From assembly GCA_964016885.1 (NCBI GenBank), contig OZ024747.1:39246001-39310000 (forward strand): a DNA stretch of 64,000 nucleotides, given 5' to 3'. The stretch is from Eledone cirrhosa (lineage: Eukaryota). The notes below the pieces were generated by a model that made no database searches, had not been told where the DNA came from, and saw nothing but the letters and a program-made list of their open reading frames with translations. Position numbers and translations under genes: made by a program. Below, piece after piece: positions 28,936 to 43,521 of this stretch. Every line of letters begins with the position of its first letter. The first letter of the stretch is position 1.

Positions 28936-29456
28936 TTGACCAGATCTCCACAATATAAAAGGGATTAAAATTGTGACCTAGTCTTCAGGCGCTTAAACGA
29001 GTTTGGTGATCCCGTTAATGTTGTGCCCTCTAAAACAGCTGATATTCTTTGCTAACATTATTAGGAACCCGAACAAAACATTGATTAGTATTGTCAATAT
29101 ATAATTCTGAATCGTATGATTTAATATCGGGATTTTGTAATTAAATATTAGGTTTTTGATGTCGTCTATGATTAAGCTATTTTTACGCTAGCTGTAGGTC
29201 GTTCAAAATTTCATTTTAGAAAATGTGTCCTTATTTTCTATGAAACTCGTTGACTATTTTATATACATTTCAACTCCAAGGTTAATGTTGGTGGTTTGAA
29301 ATCTAATGGTAGGCGACTGGAATTGTTTGCAAACTTGACCCATCCCTTCATTATATACACACAAACAAAGCTGTGATACAAATTCGATCACAAACGATTG
29401 AAATAACATGATATACACACATTAACAACAATTGGTTTTTCATACTTATATATATA

Positions 29457-29535
29457 CAGGGTGTCCCACAAAAATGTATGCACGCTTTAATGAGAATGTC
29501 TTTGAAATATGTATAAATTGTTGTGAGACACCCTG
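29457..29535. mobile_element. 79-bp Tc1/mariner-type MITE
   Basis: TIRs CAGGGTGTCCCAC / GTGAGACACCCTG, flanked by TA on both sides. Confidence 0.8.
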
Positions 29536-30167
29536 TATATGTGTGTGGGGGGTGAGTGTGTGTGTGTGTGTAGGGGGGGGGGGGGGGTAGCTAAATGGTT
29601 AACACAAAAGTGAGATCGCTATCCTGTACTATGACGGGTTTATAAATAATATACGAGATATTACAATGTTACATAATATGCTACTGTGCTACAAATTGTT
29701 TCACACCCAACGGAGCTTAGATAATTTTCTAAACTGCATTGCGAAATTACAGCTTGTTTACAGAAATAAGCTATATGTATTACCAAAACATTTACTCCCT
29801 GCAATTTACTGATATACGTGTATAGATTCTAATTTTTTCGATTCAATGTAACTATTATTCCCTCCTATGTATCCTGTATAAACTGCAAAACAGAACATCA
29901 CAATATGACACGGATAAAGAATTCCTAACTTATGTTTACTGTCCACAAGTTTTCTTCTGCCTATTTATTCATACAAACTATTTTCCTATATTACCATACA
30001 CTCTCTTAACGCGGAGTTCCATCTATTCGTAAGGATATCGGGATGAAAATCCAAACGGTGTTAATGCTTTTATATCATGTAAGTTCCCTGATGATGAATT
30101 AATATCACACACACACATATACACACACACATACACACACGCACAGACACACACATACACACACGCA

Positions 30168-30223
<56 letters not shown>

Positions 30224-30470
30224 GGTATATATATATTTGTTTTGCGAGGTTTTTTATAAGAAAGCGTGTGTCGAAACAAATATTGTTATACTTGGGTCGG
30301 TCATATTGTTGTAATGATATTGCCAGAAATAATAACAGAACACTGTCACTGTTTGGTTGGTTTTCGCTTCTGTATCTTTTATATCTCCACAGTCAATTTA
30401 TTTGGTCCTCAATGTTTATCAATGACTGACCAACGGTAAAAAATACAGATATAAATACATATATATAGTC

Positions 30471-30514
30471 TAACAAAGTTCTTTCGATGCACATCTGCAA
30501 TATCATCAGTAGTA
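30471..30514 (-). ncRNA. Degenerate minimal hammerhead (family A relative)
   Basis: Minus: acta CTGATGA tat tgca gatg tgca tc GAAA gaac TT tgt. It has the same GAAAGAACTT as family A. Confidence 0.65.
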
Positions 30515-31717
30515 CTGTCATATTCCTCCTGTTGTATTGTATATCTACGCCATTTTTATTTTATCTGTTTATTTATTTATTTTTGTCTTCTTTGCGCATT
30601 TGTTTGCGTGTGTGTGTTCGCGTTTGGGTGACTGTGATTTGGTTATTGGATTCTAACTTAGTTTATCTTAGTGTGTCTTTATATGTGTGTGTTGTTATTG
30701 TCCTTGTGTATATATTTATTTATTTATTTATTTATATTTCTCTAAGTCCGTATTGTTTGTATTGGTGTTGTGTTATTCCATTCATTTTTTCTCTTTAGCT
30801 TTGGCCTTCTAAGTTCTATGTCATTGGCCTCTCTGATTTGCCTATCTGCTGGGTCATTTCTATGTTTACATATTATTCTAATTTCTGTGTTGTCTATGTT
30901 ACCGTGATGTTGTTGTCAGGCGTGTTCGTATAGTACTGAACAGTTTTTTCGTCCTTTTAATACCAGCCAGTGTGGGTCTATCCTTTCGAGCTGTCTCGCC
31001 TATGTATGTTGTTGTCATGTTTCTGCAAGTACCCTCTGTACATCTTATGCTATAGACTACATTTCTAGTTTTACAGTTTATATGGAGGTTTACTTTACAT
31101 AATGCACATTTCCTATTAGTGGAGTGGGTTTTCTTAAAAGAGTATGTTTGCTGATCAGGGATTTTATGGTAGTTCCTGGTTTTCTACCACTTTAATCTTT
31201 ATGTGGGTCTTTCTCAGGGCCTTTCTACTTTGGTTAGCTAATTTCACTCCAGGGGTAGCGTCCAGAAATATGACACTCTGTTATCGCTGGTTGTCGTACC
31301 ATGAGGTGACTTTCCCTATCTTATGTTTAGTCCTATCTAAGCTATTCCGTGATTTTCTCCTGTATAATGAGCACATTTCTTGTTATGCCCAGTTCTGTTA
31401 ACGACAGACACAACAACAACAACAACAACACCACAACAACAACAACAACAGCAACAATAACAACAACAACAACAAAAAGGAGAAACACAATAATAAAAGT
31501 AACAACCACAATGGTAGAAATAACAGTAACAACAACAATAACAATAGAGAAAACAACAACAATACATCTAACAATCATAACAATAGTAATAATGTAAATG
31601 GTAGGAACAACAACAACCATCATAACAATAATAGCAACACACACAACTATGACGATAGATTTAATGACAACACCTTAGAGAAAAACATTCTTCAACCCAG
31701 CTGACAAAACTTATAAG

Positions 31718-33490
31718 ATGAATAAAATGTATCCTACGAGGTTACCCTTTAATAAAAGGGATTGTATACCACAACAAATAGATGACGAGGCAGAGGCACA
31801 GTTCACGAAAGCTAGAAATAAGATTAGACAAATAGTAGACCGGTATACTAAGAGACAAAGCAGACCAGAGATCCAACAACATGGAAGGAAATCTGTAGAA
31901 AGCTTAGTTAGACCCAAGCAACGCACAAGGGATGGTGAGGTAGCATGTCGACCCACAGATAAATTTGGTACGATGTCGATAGACAGCATGCCGATCTACA
32001 TGAAGGCTGTGCAATCTCACATCACCAACTCGATCGAAATTACACAACAAACACGTGAGTGGGGAGAGAAGATCCTCAACGCTCACATGATGATGTGAAC
32101 CGACATCCTAAAGCCAAGCAGGCGCACTGCCAACAACTTCCAGGGGTCTAACAATGACATACCACGCGTGTATGGGCTCCGCAAAGACCATAAGACAGTC
32201 GACGACCCGACAACAGGACCACCAACAAGACCTGTATGCGGAGCCAATATCATTAGCAACTACAGGATCTCCTACTTCCTCTCAATGGTTATACGCCCCA
32301 TAATCAAGATGTCCCCAGGTGTATGTGACAGTACAGAGGACCTCCTCAGCAGAATGAATGAGTGAAACAAAAATAAAAACGTATCTAACTGCATAATAGG
32401 CAGAATGGACGTGGTATCACTATACCCATCCATTAACATTGATTTTGCTGTGGAAAAATGTGTGGAGATGATCAGTGAGAGTGAGGTGGTGTTCTGCGAC
32501 GTCGAAACAGATGAACTGGGCCTCCTACTTCGATTTACCTATGACACCGAGTACTTAGATAGCCATGACTTTAGCCGTTTTTGCCCCAGTAGACCCATAA
32601 GAGGTAGACCCCCCACCATAACCTCAATGGCAAAAAAAGACTCCCATGATAAGGTGGATTGGGCGGACCAAAGCCATACGGATCCCCCAAAACAATGATC
32701 AAGTAAGAAAAATGATCGCGCATGCAATAGGGGCCATATGTTCAAATTCAACGAAAATATCTACTTCCAAAATGAGAGGGCAGCCATTGGCATCAGCGTA
32801 GATGGTGACGTTGCCAACCTTTTTATGGTATGGTGGGAAAGGAGATTCAAATATCTCATTGATGAAAGCTCCATAGACCTCATCATCTACTCTCGTTATG
32901 TAGTGGATATTAATACTGTAATAAGGACATCCCCACAAGAGAGTACTAACAAATATAATTTAGAATGTAGCACAATGGAAATCATCCAGTAGATAGCTAA
33001 TTCCATACACCAGAGTATAACTGTAACTATCGACTTCCCTTCCAAACACCCTAACAATAGATTACCTGTATTAGACACGGAACTCTGGATTAATACTATA
33101 GACGAGAGTGCCAAAATTCTCCACCCACACTACGCTAAACCCATGGCCTCCAAATACCTGATACTCAAAAACTCAGCAATGTCCAGTAATGCTAAATTTA
33201 ATATTTTGATCGCAGACTTGGTACGAGTGATGAAGAATGTATCCCGCATGTGTGACCCAACAGAAATGGAACAACACTTTATCAACCGCATGCATTTCTC
33301 TGGCTACAACCAAAGAGACAGAATCAGAGTATACAAGGGAGCCACAGAGAAGTATAAGACCCTCATAGAACTGGACATGAAAGGAGTTTGCCCATAATAC
33401 AGGAGCAAGTCATGGATTAGCTTAGATAGGACTAAACATAAGATAGAGAAAACCACCTCATGGTACGACAACCAGAGATACCAGAGTGTT
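31718..33490 (+). pseudogene. Disrupted PLE reverse transcriptase
   Basis: Five ORF fragments collinear with the family A ORF. Confidence 0.85.
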
Positions 33491-34928
33491 TATCTGGTAT
33501 TTATACCAGGTATTTATCTGGTTACCTTAATGTTTATATTAAAATGATTATACAATATGAAACAATTTTGAAGTATGGGTTGGGAATCTGCTGATGATAT
33601 TTAGGGCTTGCTATGAAACATATTATCTACTGTACTGTATACTAATAATGAGAGATGAGAAAAGTTCGCGAAAAAGTAAAATTATTCTAACATCAAGAAT
33701 GGCTATCACACAGTCCCCTTTGCACTCATTCTCACACTAACAATAATGAATTAAAAAGAAAGCAATGTCCTATTTTTAATATTAATGAATTCTCTCCCTG
33801 GTAGAAACGCAATGGATATGAAAGGGGGAACATGTGATCACGTAGTATGTACTATATCTAGTATTAATTAGTTGAAACGAAACATAATTTCCAAGAAATG
33901 AAATAAATATTTCAGTTACTCAATAACCCGTTTTGTCATGGAATTGTGTTATATTTCCAACACATACAATTCAATTAAGTTTATAATGAATATATAATAT
34001 AATTAGCTATGATAAGCGCCAATACATTTTAAGTAGTTCATGTATAAGCAGTAACATGCAAATCTGTAGCTCGTTTGGAAAACATAAGTGAGTAATATGA
34101 AAGGAGTTGTACAAAGAATACGTCTCTAATTACGTAAAATTAAAATCTGTTAAAATTTTAGAAATTTTTCCCGGAATTTCGACTTTGATACGTAATAAAA
34201 GAGGAAAGTATCTAAAATATAATTTTCTAAAAGCAAGGAACTCTGTAATAATCTGCTTTGTATAAAAGGCAATCAATCTCTACCTTAAGTAGTATGAGAA
34301 CAAGATCAGTTCATTTCATATATGTATCAAATAGATTACATTTCCCTAGTAATAGGTTTTTACATTATTTTTCCATTCCAAGGAATTATAAAAGATGTAC
34401 CTGCTGCGATGTGACCACGAAACGTGTAGGGTCTCAACTATATGCATCGTAAATGCTCAACCTATTTTGTGAATGATATCCGCTAATATAATTGGTAAAT
34501 CCTATCTCTAATTTACACACAAGTATTAGTGCATACACAAAAAATAAAAACGACTCTGCTGGCTGTATGATGTAGCAATATTGTAAGAATATGATAACAT
34601 GTAGATCTGAGAACCTAAATCACGGCATGATTTAAATAGAATACTAGACAATCACTTAATAGATAATCATTAAACAGTTTACTATACATGAACAAGCAGA
34701 GGCAACTTAAAGTAAATAGAAATTCGAGATTGTGATGTTATGTTACAGGATACATCTTCATTTCTTAGCTACCAGTAGAGATACACTCATACTGCTTGAA
34801 AATAAAATGTATATGCCGATTCCAGTTTCTGATCATAATTTGACAGAATAAGGTGATTGAACCATAAACTTTAACAAGTACTAAAAGGTGATAACAAATA
34901 TAATGAATCTATCTAAAGTATTTGAAAA

Positions 34929-35114
34929 TAATTGTTTCTACTTTAGGCACAAGGCCAGCAAATAACCAGTATATTACTGGTACTTTATTTTATCGACCCC
35001 GTAAGGATGGAAGGCAAAGTTAACCTCGGCGGGATTTGAACTCAGAATGGCAAGGGCCGTAACTCTATGCGCCAAAGCATGGTATCCGACACTCTACCAA
35101 TACTGCCAATCCAC
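34929..35114 (-). mobile_element. tRNA-derived SINE, near full length
   Basis: Minus strand has an A-box-like tggcagtattgg and B-box gagttcaaatcc, followed by the conserved central domain. Three copies occur in the window. Confidence 0.82.
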
Positions 35115-36157
35115 TAATTAAATGTTGGACTCATTTGTATTAGTAGTAAAAAAAAAAAGCTGAAATAACTAATGCCTTAAACATGTTGAAGTCGGAGGGA
35201 TTCTGATCACAGCAGAGTACAAAACATTTCACGACAGAAAATACTGAAAACATAGTACATTAGAGTACATAAAATGTAGGCAGAGTATGAAGAGGATGTA
35301 CTTTTCTGTGTACTTATTTTTAACCAAAATAGATAATTTGAATATATTGTGAGTTTAAGTTTTTACATACTTAAGAGAGTTGAATAATTGATAGAGCAAT
35401 GCTCTATTCATAAGCCATCGTTTATTTTTGAATATCGATTGTACCGATTTCGTTTAGTCATATATTTAATAGGCCATTGTATGCCCCACAGCATTTCCAC
35501 TGAGAATAAATGTTATTATGAGGCAAGTCTCCTTAATTACGGGCCATTTTGCCAGTAGCTAAAGTGTATTAAGTGAATTCAATGCAAATAAATATTATTA
35601 TAGTTAATTCACATTTGACGAAGCCAACCAATATGTACACTTCGTCTCTTTACTCTGTAAATACATGTCGCAATATATGCTACTTCGAGTAAAGAATGGG
35701 GTTATTCAAATTTTAATAATGGAATATTAATTTCCACTGTTGCTCACTTTAGAAATAAATACTACTTCTGTACAGATATGTTTAATAATTAAGAAGCGTA
35801 AATACCACTGCCCTAAATAGCATTATACTTTATCTTATTGAATATCGAAGGCTCTTTGACTACACTATTAATCTGACGATAGCAGAAACAAAACACGTCG
35901 CAGAAAATCCTACCTGTGAAACAATTTTCGTGTATAGCGACCCTGACATTTGTAATATATACAGCCTACTGGTAATAATTTCTTGAACACGTGGATATAG
36001 GTGGTATGTATGCATATATTTCTATCATATTATTTGGTCGTGTATACATAATTTCTTTAAGTAACTTGTAGGTATGTAATGGTAGATGTTCACTTCTGGC
36101 GTTCAATCCTTCTCTCCCTTTTACCTTTTGCTGTTATCACGTTACATTCTCAAGTAC

Positions 36158-36695
<538 letters not shown>

Positions 36696-36866
36696 TATAT
36701 ATATATATATATATATTGTTATACTTTGGGAGGGTCATATTGCCAATAAGAAACACACGTACCAGTTGCTTTCACTTTAATTTATTATAATCAATTTATA
36801 AATTTAGGAATTTATAAATTTCCGGTTGGTTAGTTGGTTCCACAACCAGATGGTTGTTTATATTTT

Positions 36867-36909
36867 CTCAAAGTTCTTTCGTCACACATTATGTGACCTC
36901 TTCAGTGAC
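36867..36909 (-). ncRNA. Minimal hammerhead (family A)
   Basis: gtca CTGAAGA g gtcaca taatg tgtgac GAAA gaac TT tgag. Confidence 0.78.
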
Positions 36910-37289
36910 TGGGGATTCTTTTCTTTGTTTTTTGTAAATTAGAGAACAGAGAAATAAACATAGAATATACACACAGAAAAGACGCAATGTTTAGACAAAT
37001 CACAGAGGCAATAAGCATAAATGAATTACAACCAAAATTAAATAGAAAACATGAGTGGAACAGCAACATCACAACTTACAATTAAGGACAAAATGAAAAC
37101 ACACACGCATATAGAACAAACAACCAACCAGTAACATGTAAATAAACAAATAAATAAACGAATATAAACACACACAGACACCCGGATGTAACACATGCGC
37201 AAACTAAGCACAGCACCCACACACACAAAAACAAGATGGCGTAGGACAGAACAAAGGAGAGACACAAAAAACAAAGAAAAGAATCCCCA

Positions 37290-37332
37290 GTCACTGAAGA
37301 GGTCACAGAATGCGTGACGAAAGAACTTTGAG
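37290..37332 (+). ncRNA. Minimal hammerhead (family A)
   Basis: gtca CTGAAGA g gtcac agaatgc gtgac GAAA gaac TT tgag. Confidence 0.78.
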
Positions 37333-37559
37333 AATATATAAACAACCATCTGGTTGTGGAACCAACCAACCAACCGGAAATTTATAAATTCCTAAATTTA
37401 TAAATTTATTATAATAAATTGAAGTGAAAGCGACTGGTGCGTGTGTTTCTTATTGGCAAAATGACCCTCCCACAGTATAACAATATCGGTTTCAACACAC
37501 GTTTTCAGATAAAGAATCCTGCTAAACAAATTCAGAAACGAAATATATACATATACATA

Positions 37560-37692
<133 letters not shown>

Positions 37693-37734
37693 CAACACCA
37701 TAAACACAGAGCTCGCATATCTAAGAACTGTCTA

Positions 37735-37790
37735 ACTACCTGATGATGTCATAGCCTTTCAATGGCTATCATCGAAATATATATAGCAGT
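37735..37790 (+). ncRNA. Diverged hammerhead (family I relative)
   Basis: actac CTGATGA tgtcatagcc tttcaat ggctatcatc GAAA tatata TA gcagt aaataaa. Confidence 0.7.
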
Positions 37791-37917
37791 AAATAAAGGA
37801 TTAGGAGTTCATGCAATTGACTTATGTTTCGTCACTATATATATATATATATGTATATATAATGCTGTAATGTAAATCTTTGAAGTCACCGGTTATAATT
37901 TCATTTAGCAACACCAC

Positions 37918-37982
<65 letters not shown>

Positions 37983-38169
37983 TTCTATTATATATATATA
38001 TAATACATAAACAGAGAAAGCCTTAAGCGATACTCCGACCAACTCCATCTCACTCAACAAACATTACGATATACTTAAGTATTATCCCAATTTCGTGTTT
38101 GGGGTGCTAACTAATCAGTATTTTGTGGATAGCTGGTTGTATTATTTTATATGAAACATTATTAATTAA

Positions 38170-38267
<98 letters not shown>

Positions 38268-39625
38268 TCCATGTTTCTTCTCTGTCTCCTTCTCTTTCTA
38301 AAAATATATGTCTCTCTTTCAATCTAATCTCTCACAATCACTAACTCTTTCTCTCTATCCTTCTCTCTCTCCCCCTCTCTCTCTCTATTTATAAAGGTAC
38401 CCGGAAAAACCCCGTATCTCAGGAACCCCCGCATCGATTTATGCGAAATTGTTTTATTCCATTTGTATTCACATTTCAAGGTCAACTTCCTTCCAAAGTT
38501 TTTCCCATTATGCGGTCTTTTGGCCGTATTACATTACAGACAAGCAAGCAATCACAGAGTTTTAGTTGCATATAGATATATACGTATATACGCATATTTA
38601 TATATACATGCATACATTAATACATACTTATATGCACCTGTGCATATAATCACAAAAACATTCTTTAGAATATTTTATAAAATTCAGATTACATTGGACA
38701 AACTAAATTTCACAATTGCAGAAAATTATCTGAACTCATTCCCTCACACGACCATAAGCAATATCCATCTGCGGCATTCAGGTTCAAATCACGTGTTAGC
38801 TCTCATATTCCTCAAATATCTCACAAACTTATAGCATTGTCAAATACCGTGAGCTTACGCATAAATGAACCTATACAAAATGCATACGAAACCCTCAATA
38901 ATACTACTTCACCCACAACTGGTATACGAATGCTATTATATGTCTAGGCATGCTAGATTACAGCCAAGATTTCTTGAGTGAGTGGTACTAAGTATCGCTC
39001 GATTAAACATATAAAATAGTTTCCTTTTTGTACCACTATTGCAGTAGAGTCTATGCGGCGAATTGGCAGAGTTGTTACAATGTCGGATAGAAGGATTGTG
39101 CGGTATTTGTTTCTGCTCACTGCTCACTGTGTTTAAACGTATATCACACATTTGAATTTAATAAAAAAGTATTCACCTAATACTTGGGTCGAGTTTGCAA
39201 CTACATGTATTTCTCACTTCCATCTCTCACGTTCTATCGTTCTCTGGAATTCATCTGCTCTATTCAGACCTAGAGAAGGCCTTAAAAGTTTTAAAGAATG
39301 CCCTACAAATGCTGTGTCATGACGGCAGCACCATTAATCTCTCGGCAGTTACGGGGTCATGCATGCATTCATTAGGCTAGTCTATGATCTTGATGATAGC
39401 AGATCTCTTCGTGCAAAGCCACCTCACTTCACTTTCCTACTCCAGTCAAGCATAATACAGGTAGCCTCTAACATTACACTCACATATAAGTTCGCAACCT
39501 ACCACCTACATACAGCTTTTAGGCAATAGATGTCTACTCACTGATATTCCTTCCTTGCATAAAATCAAGCGGAATGCTGTCAGCATCCCTCACACGATTC
39601 GCAGAAGGTCTGTAATGGCGATGGT

Positions 39626-39677
<52 letters not shown>

Positions 39678-39705
39678 TTACGCACACACAAACATACAGC
39701 CACAC

Positions 39706-39736
<31 letters not shown>

Positions 39737-40027
39737 CTCACACACATATATATATATATATATAAAATATAAATATTATATTTACATATACACAAACTAG
39801 ACAAAATCACTTTGTCTAGTTTGTGTCTATGTAAATATTTATATTTGATAATCGTTGAGATGCAATTTGGGCAATAGTGGGCTGCGCCTTCTACCAACCA
39901 GCCCACTCGCCGTAAGCCACCAATCACATTCTTTCTGACTTGACCACAGCCACGTCACAGTTCTTAGCCATTTTGAATTCGTTTCTGGCGAGGATTATTT
40001 AAGAAATATCTTTGTCCAAGTGAGTTT

Positions 40028-40108
40028 GCTTCCTGATGAGTTCGAAGCTCGAGAATTTATCCTTGATAGGATATTTACGAAAGCGAACGAAATCCTAAGG
40101 GTAGAAAC
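40028..40108 (+). ncRNA. Type I hammerhead with extended stem II (family J)
   Basis: gcttc CTGATGA gttcg...tatcct tgat aggata...cgaac GAAA tcc taa ggg TA gaaac. Confidence 0.78.
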
Positions 40109-40414
40109 GTAATGCTTGTATGTGTATATGCATTTTTTCTTCTAACTTTAATGTTACACCTAATTGTGTATGGTTGACGGTATATTTAATCGATTTCCAC
40201 GTGCTATTGAAATGTTGGGTAAATATTCTGTAGCGGTTGATAGCGAATAGATTGCTGTCGTTTATTTATCTACTATTTCTTCATAGGTGCCTTTTAATCT
40301 TATAGCCTGGTTTAATTGTTTTTTTGTGTTGTTGATTATACTAATTGGGAGAGGAAATGGTGTATATTATCAAATGATTCTATGGACATACTTTATAGTA
40401 TATATATATATATA

Positions 40415-40805
40415 TTAAAATAACAGATTAAAGTTTAAGCAAAGAATTGCTGCTTTCATCCATAATGGGATCTTCTGAAACTGACAAAGTCAATCTGTGA
40501 ACGCAGAAATGAATATTTCAAAAACGTTGCAATCGGAGGTAGACAGGAAGACGATACATTGGCTCATGGAAACGAATATATATATATATATTATGAAAAT
40601 AACAGATTAAAGTTAACCCTTAACGGGATCTTCTGAGATTCAGAAGATCTCGTTAAGGGTGAAAGCAGCGATTCTTTGCTTAAACATTAATCTGTTATTT
40701 TAATAAATATTTGCTCTGTGGTTTTTATATACACATTTGATATATATATTAACCTTATCGCGCCCTCTTCTGAATTTAGTCTTCACATTTATCATTATTA
40801 CTATA

Positions 40806-40893
<88 letters not shown>

Positions 40894-41220
40894 TAAAATA
40901 ACAGATTAAAGTTTAAGCAAAGAAAGGAAGACGATACTTTGGTTCGTGGAAACGTTCGCTGGCAAAGAACGGGAAAAAACGAATAATACGTCATTAATAG
41001 GAGCGGTGAAAAACAATTACGCGCAAAGACAGAACCACGTTTATGGTATAAAAGAGGTCGTAGACTAATGTTCTCTTAAGTGGTGCATAGAGACGTTCTC
41101 TGGCAATGAACGAAAAAACAAAGATAAGTCATATGTGGAGCGTGGAGAACAATAGCACGCAAAGACAAAACCACGTAAATGGTTTAGCAGAAGTTGTAGT
41201 CTAAAATTCTAACTAGGAGA
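40415..41220. mobile_element. Cluster of family G pLTR-like fragments in tandem and inverted orientation
   Basis: aaaataacagattaaagtt occurs at 40417, 40597 and 40895, with a reverse copy at ~40686-40703. Each copy starts at a (TA)n run. Confidence 0.75.
40432..40482 (-). ncRNA. Hammerhead-like motif with U4A core (family G); plus-strand copy at 40639-40686
   Basis: agttt CAGAAGA tccc attat ggat GAAA gca gcaattctt tgc TT aaact. Confidence 0.6.
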
Positions 41221-41440
41221 CCAAATGAATCTCCGCTACAGAGTTAAGAACAAAGTAAATAAATACAATACAGAAGTAATAGAAATAAATAAATACATAC
41301 ACGCAAACAAATACGTACATACACAAGCATACGCAAAACCTTACCATAGGTATACAAAACCACGCACATATAAATATGTGTGTGTGTGTATGCTTGTGTA
41401 CAAATAAATAAATAATTATATAAACGTCTCTCTCTCTAAT

Positions 41441-41486
<46 letters not shown>

Positions 41487-41719
41487 ATTAGAGAGAGAGA
41501 GACGTATTTACGTATCGAGAAAGAGAAAAAAAGGGGAGGATAGGTGATACATATAGTTATTTGCCAAGTAGCGTATGCCAAAGCTGCTCGATACTAGTGC
41601 CGGCAGTATTAAATAGTCGAAGTGTTAATATTTAGTGGGCTAGAGAGTTAACAGAGCGTAAGCACGTGGGAAAGTAAAACATCGGAGAATAGACCGTTAA
41701 AACATGTTTATTTAAAACA

Positions 41720-41759
41720 GCACCTACGTACGTTTCGCCCAGTTGGGCTTCTCAAGGGC
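41720..41759 (-). ncRNA. Minimal hammerhead with U3:A8 core (family F)
   Basis: gccc TTGAGAA gccc aact gggc GAA ACGTACGT A ggtgc. Stem III is palindromic and AATAAA follows. Confidence 0.8.
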
Positions 41760-43425
41760 ATAAATAATCACAAGTGTTCCTTATATTGCTCGGAATGAGT
41801 TTTTGAACGCGCATGTGCAGAAACAGTCATTTCTCCCAAGCGATAAAAATTCACGGTCGAATGGTGTAAGGGAGATAACTGCGAATGTCCGGAATAAATT
41901 GTTCGAGTCGATTAGAATATTAGAATATTGATGTTATTCAATCCGGAGCTTTGTAGTTATCCAAGAGGTGTTTCCAGGCGTGTGGACAACGTGAGAAAAG
42001 TTCATATTTTGGATTTGGGCAATTGCTATAGCGTAATCTCCTTAGAATATTGATCCTTTCTTCAATACGCAGTCCACAAGAAGGATTACCCCTTGCGTAT
42101 GGCTTGGACTTAGTGATAGCTTTCCATTGAACGGAATAGTCTACAACTGAGTCTTTGACAGACCATACGAAGTCGACAACACTGCTTACAGCCACTTGGA
42201 ACGTAACGCCATAACCTCTAAACATAAGAAGGATAACCCCACGGCTTATCAATACAGAAGCCAAAGACCTTGCTGCCGCCGTTAAGGTAGATAAGAAACT
42301 ACAATGCTTAGCTAAGGGGGAGGCGTTTCAGACCCTGAAGGATCACAAGGTAGACTTTGCTTCTAATCCCACGTGTAGACTAATAAACCCAGCACGCACG
42401 CAAATGGTGCTAGTCAGTAAGGTTATACCTAAGAACATAGTTAAGACCATTAGGACTCAGTCTAACCTGTCCCAGTGGGAGAACAGCGACTCCATCTTTA
42501 GGTGGTTCAACTCCTTCAATTCTAAAAAAATCGAAGTTCACGCATTTCGACATTGTGAATGTTTACCGGTCGATCTCAGTGACCCTGTTGAACAAATCGT
42601 TGGACTTTGCTACCACTTACACTACCATCCATGATTTTGACAGGGAGGTCATCGCACACTGCCGGAAAACCCACCTCTTCAACAACGGAATAGCCTGGAC
42701 CAAAAAGGCAACAACTTCAGAACTATCCGACGTCTCCACGGGATCGTTTGACAGTGCTGACGTATGCGACTTGGGTGGCTTATTTATTTTAGATATATTA
42801 CGTGCTAGATTCCGGTACTTCCCTACGGGAATATACCACGACAATGGTTTGATCCTATCGAGCCATAAAAGTGGTCACGACCTAGACCAATTTTAAAAAG
42901 ATTTAATTTCTACTTTTACTGAGTTAGGATTTAGGATAACGGTAGCTACCAACCTCTCTAGCATAGATTTCTTAGACATTAATTTATTCCTTCACACACA
43001 TATCTTCAGACCCTTCCATAAATTAAACGAAAAACTTAATTACATACACAAGAACTCATGCCACCCTCCTACAGTTTTTAGAAACTTCGTAAATAATATC
43101 AGTACTAGAATCTATAACCTCTCCTCTAATAAAGCAATCATTGACACGGCGGCACCTAACTACAACACGGCGTTAGCTAACAGCCGCTTCTCGCAATTAA
43201 TTACTTACTCCCCCGCTAACACCAACAGCAATAAGAAAAGAAATCGTACCAATAGTGAAAATATGTGGTTCTCTCCCTCCTTCTCACTCAACGTTAAGAC
43301 TGATGTTTTTAGCCCTCTTAGAGAGATACTTTCCCTTAGCTCACAAATACCGCTCCATCTTTGACAGACACAGGATAAAACTAGCGTACTCATGCGCTAA
43401 GAATATGAAGACCCACTTCACCAAT

Positions 43426-43521
43426 AGCCCTAAGAGCGGCACCCGACTAGGATACTCTTGCCGAAATTCTAATTTAGTCCAGAAATAGCCGTCGAAACGG
43501 CTTGAACTCTGCCGTCGGGCT
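43426..43521 (+). ncRNA. Damaged family C-related hammerhead
   Basis: Stem I is agccc/gggct (covaried versus acccc/ggggt), followed by gccgtc GAAA cggc...gccg TC. The 5' core is reduced to taaga. Confidence 0.55.

Larger units (their letters stand above)
30466..33490. mobile_element. PLE related to family A with inverted arm (minus 31380-30466: EN and 3' UTR; plus 31400-33490: RT)
   Basis: Plus: YGLRKDHK, RPVCGAN, MDVVSLYPSI, AIGISVDGDVANLFM, SRYVVDI, LPVLD. Minus: CKTRNVVYSIRC...YIGETAR. 31270-31375 is an inverted match of 33390-33490. Confidence 0.88.
36714..37546. mobile_element. ORF-less inverted pair of family A pLTRs
   Basis: 36714-36935 (minus) and ~36950-37546 (plus) match 3585-4165, and both end in (TA)n. 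Confidence 0.88.

Noticed and set aside
35035-35114. tRNA gene
   Set aside because: A/B boxes belong to a SINE head with an over-long spacer and no cloverleaf.
39000-39625. Possible old LINE fragment or host exon
   Set aside because: No recognisable protein motif or consistent frame could be supported by eye.
39791-39825. 15-bp-arm hairpin as terminator or miRNA
   Set aside because: Too short for a pre-miRNA, single copy, and intrinsic terminators are not relevant here.
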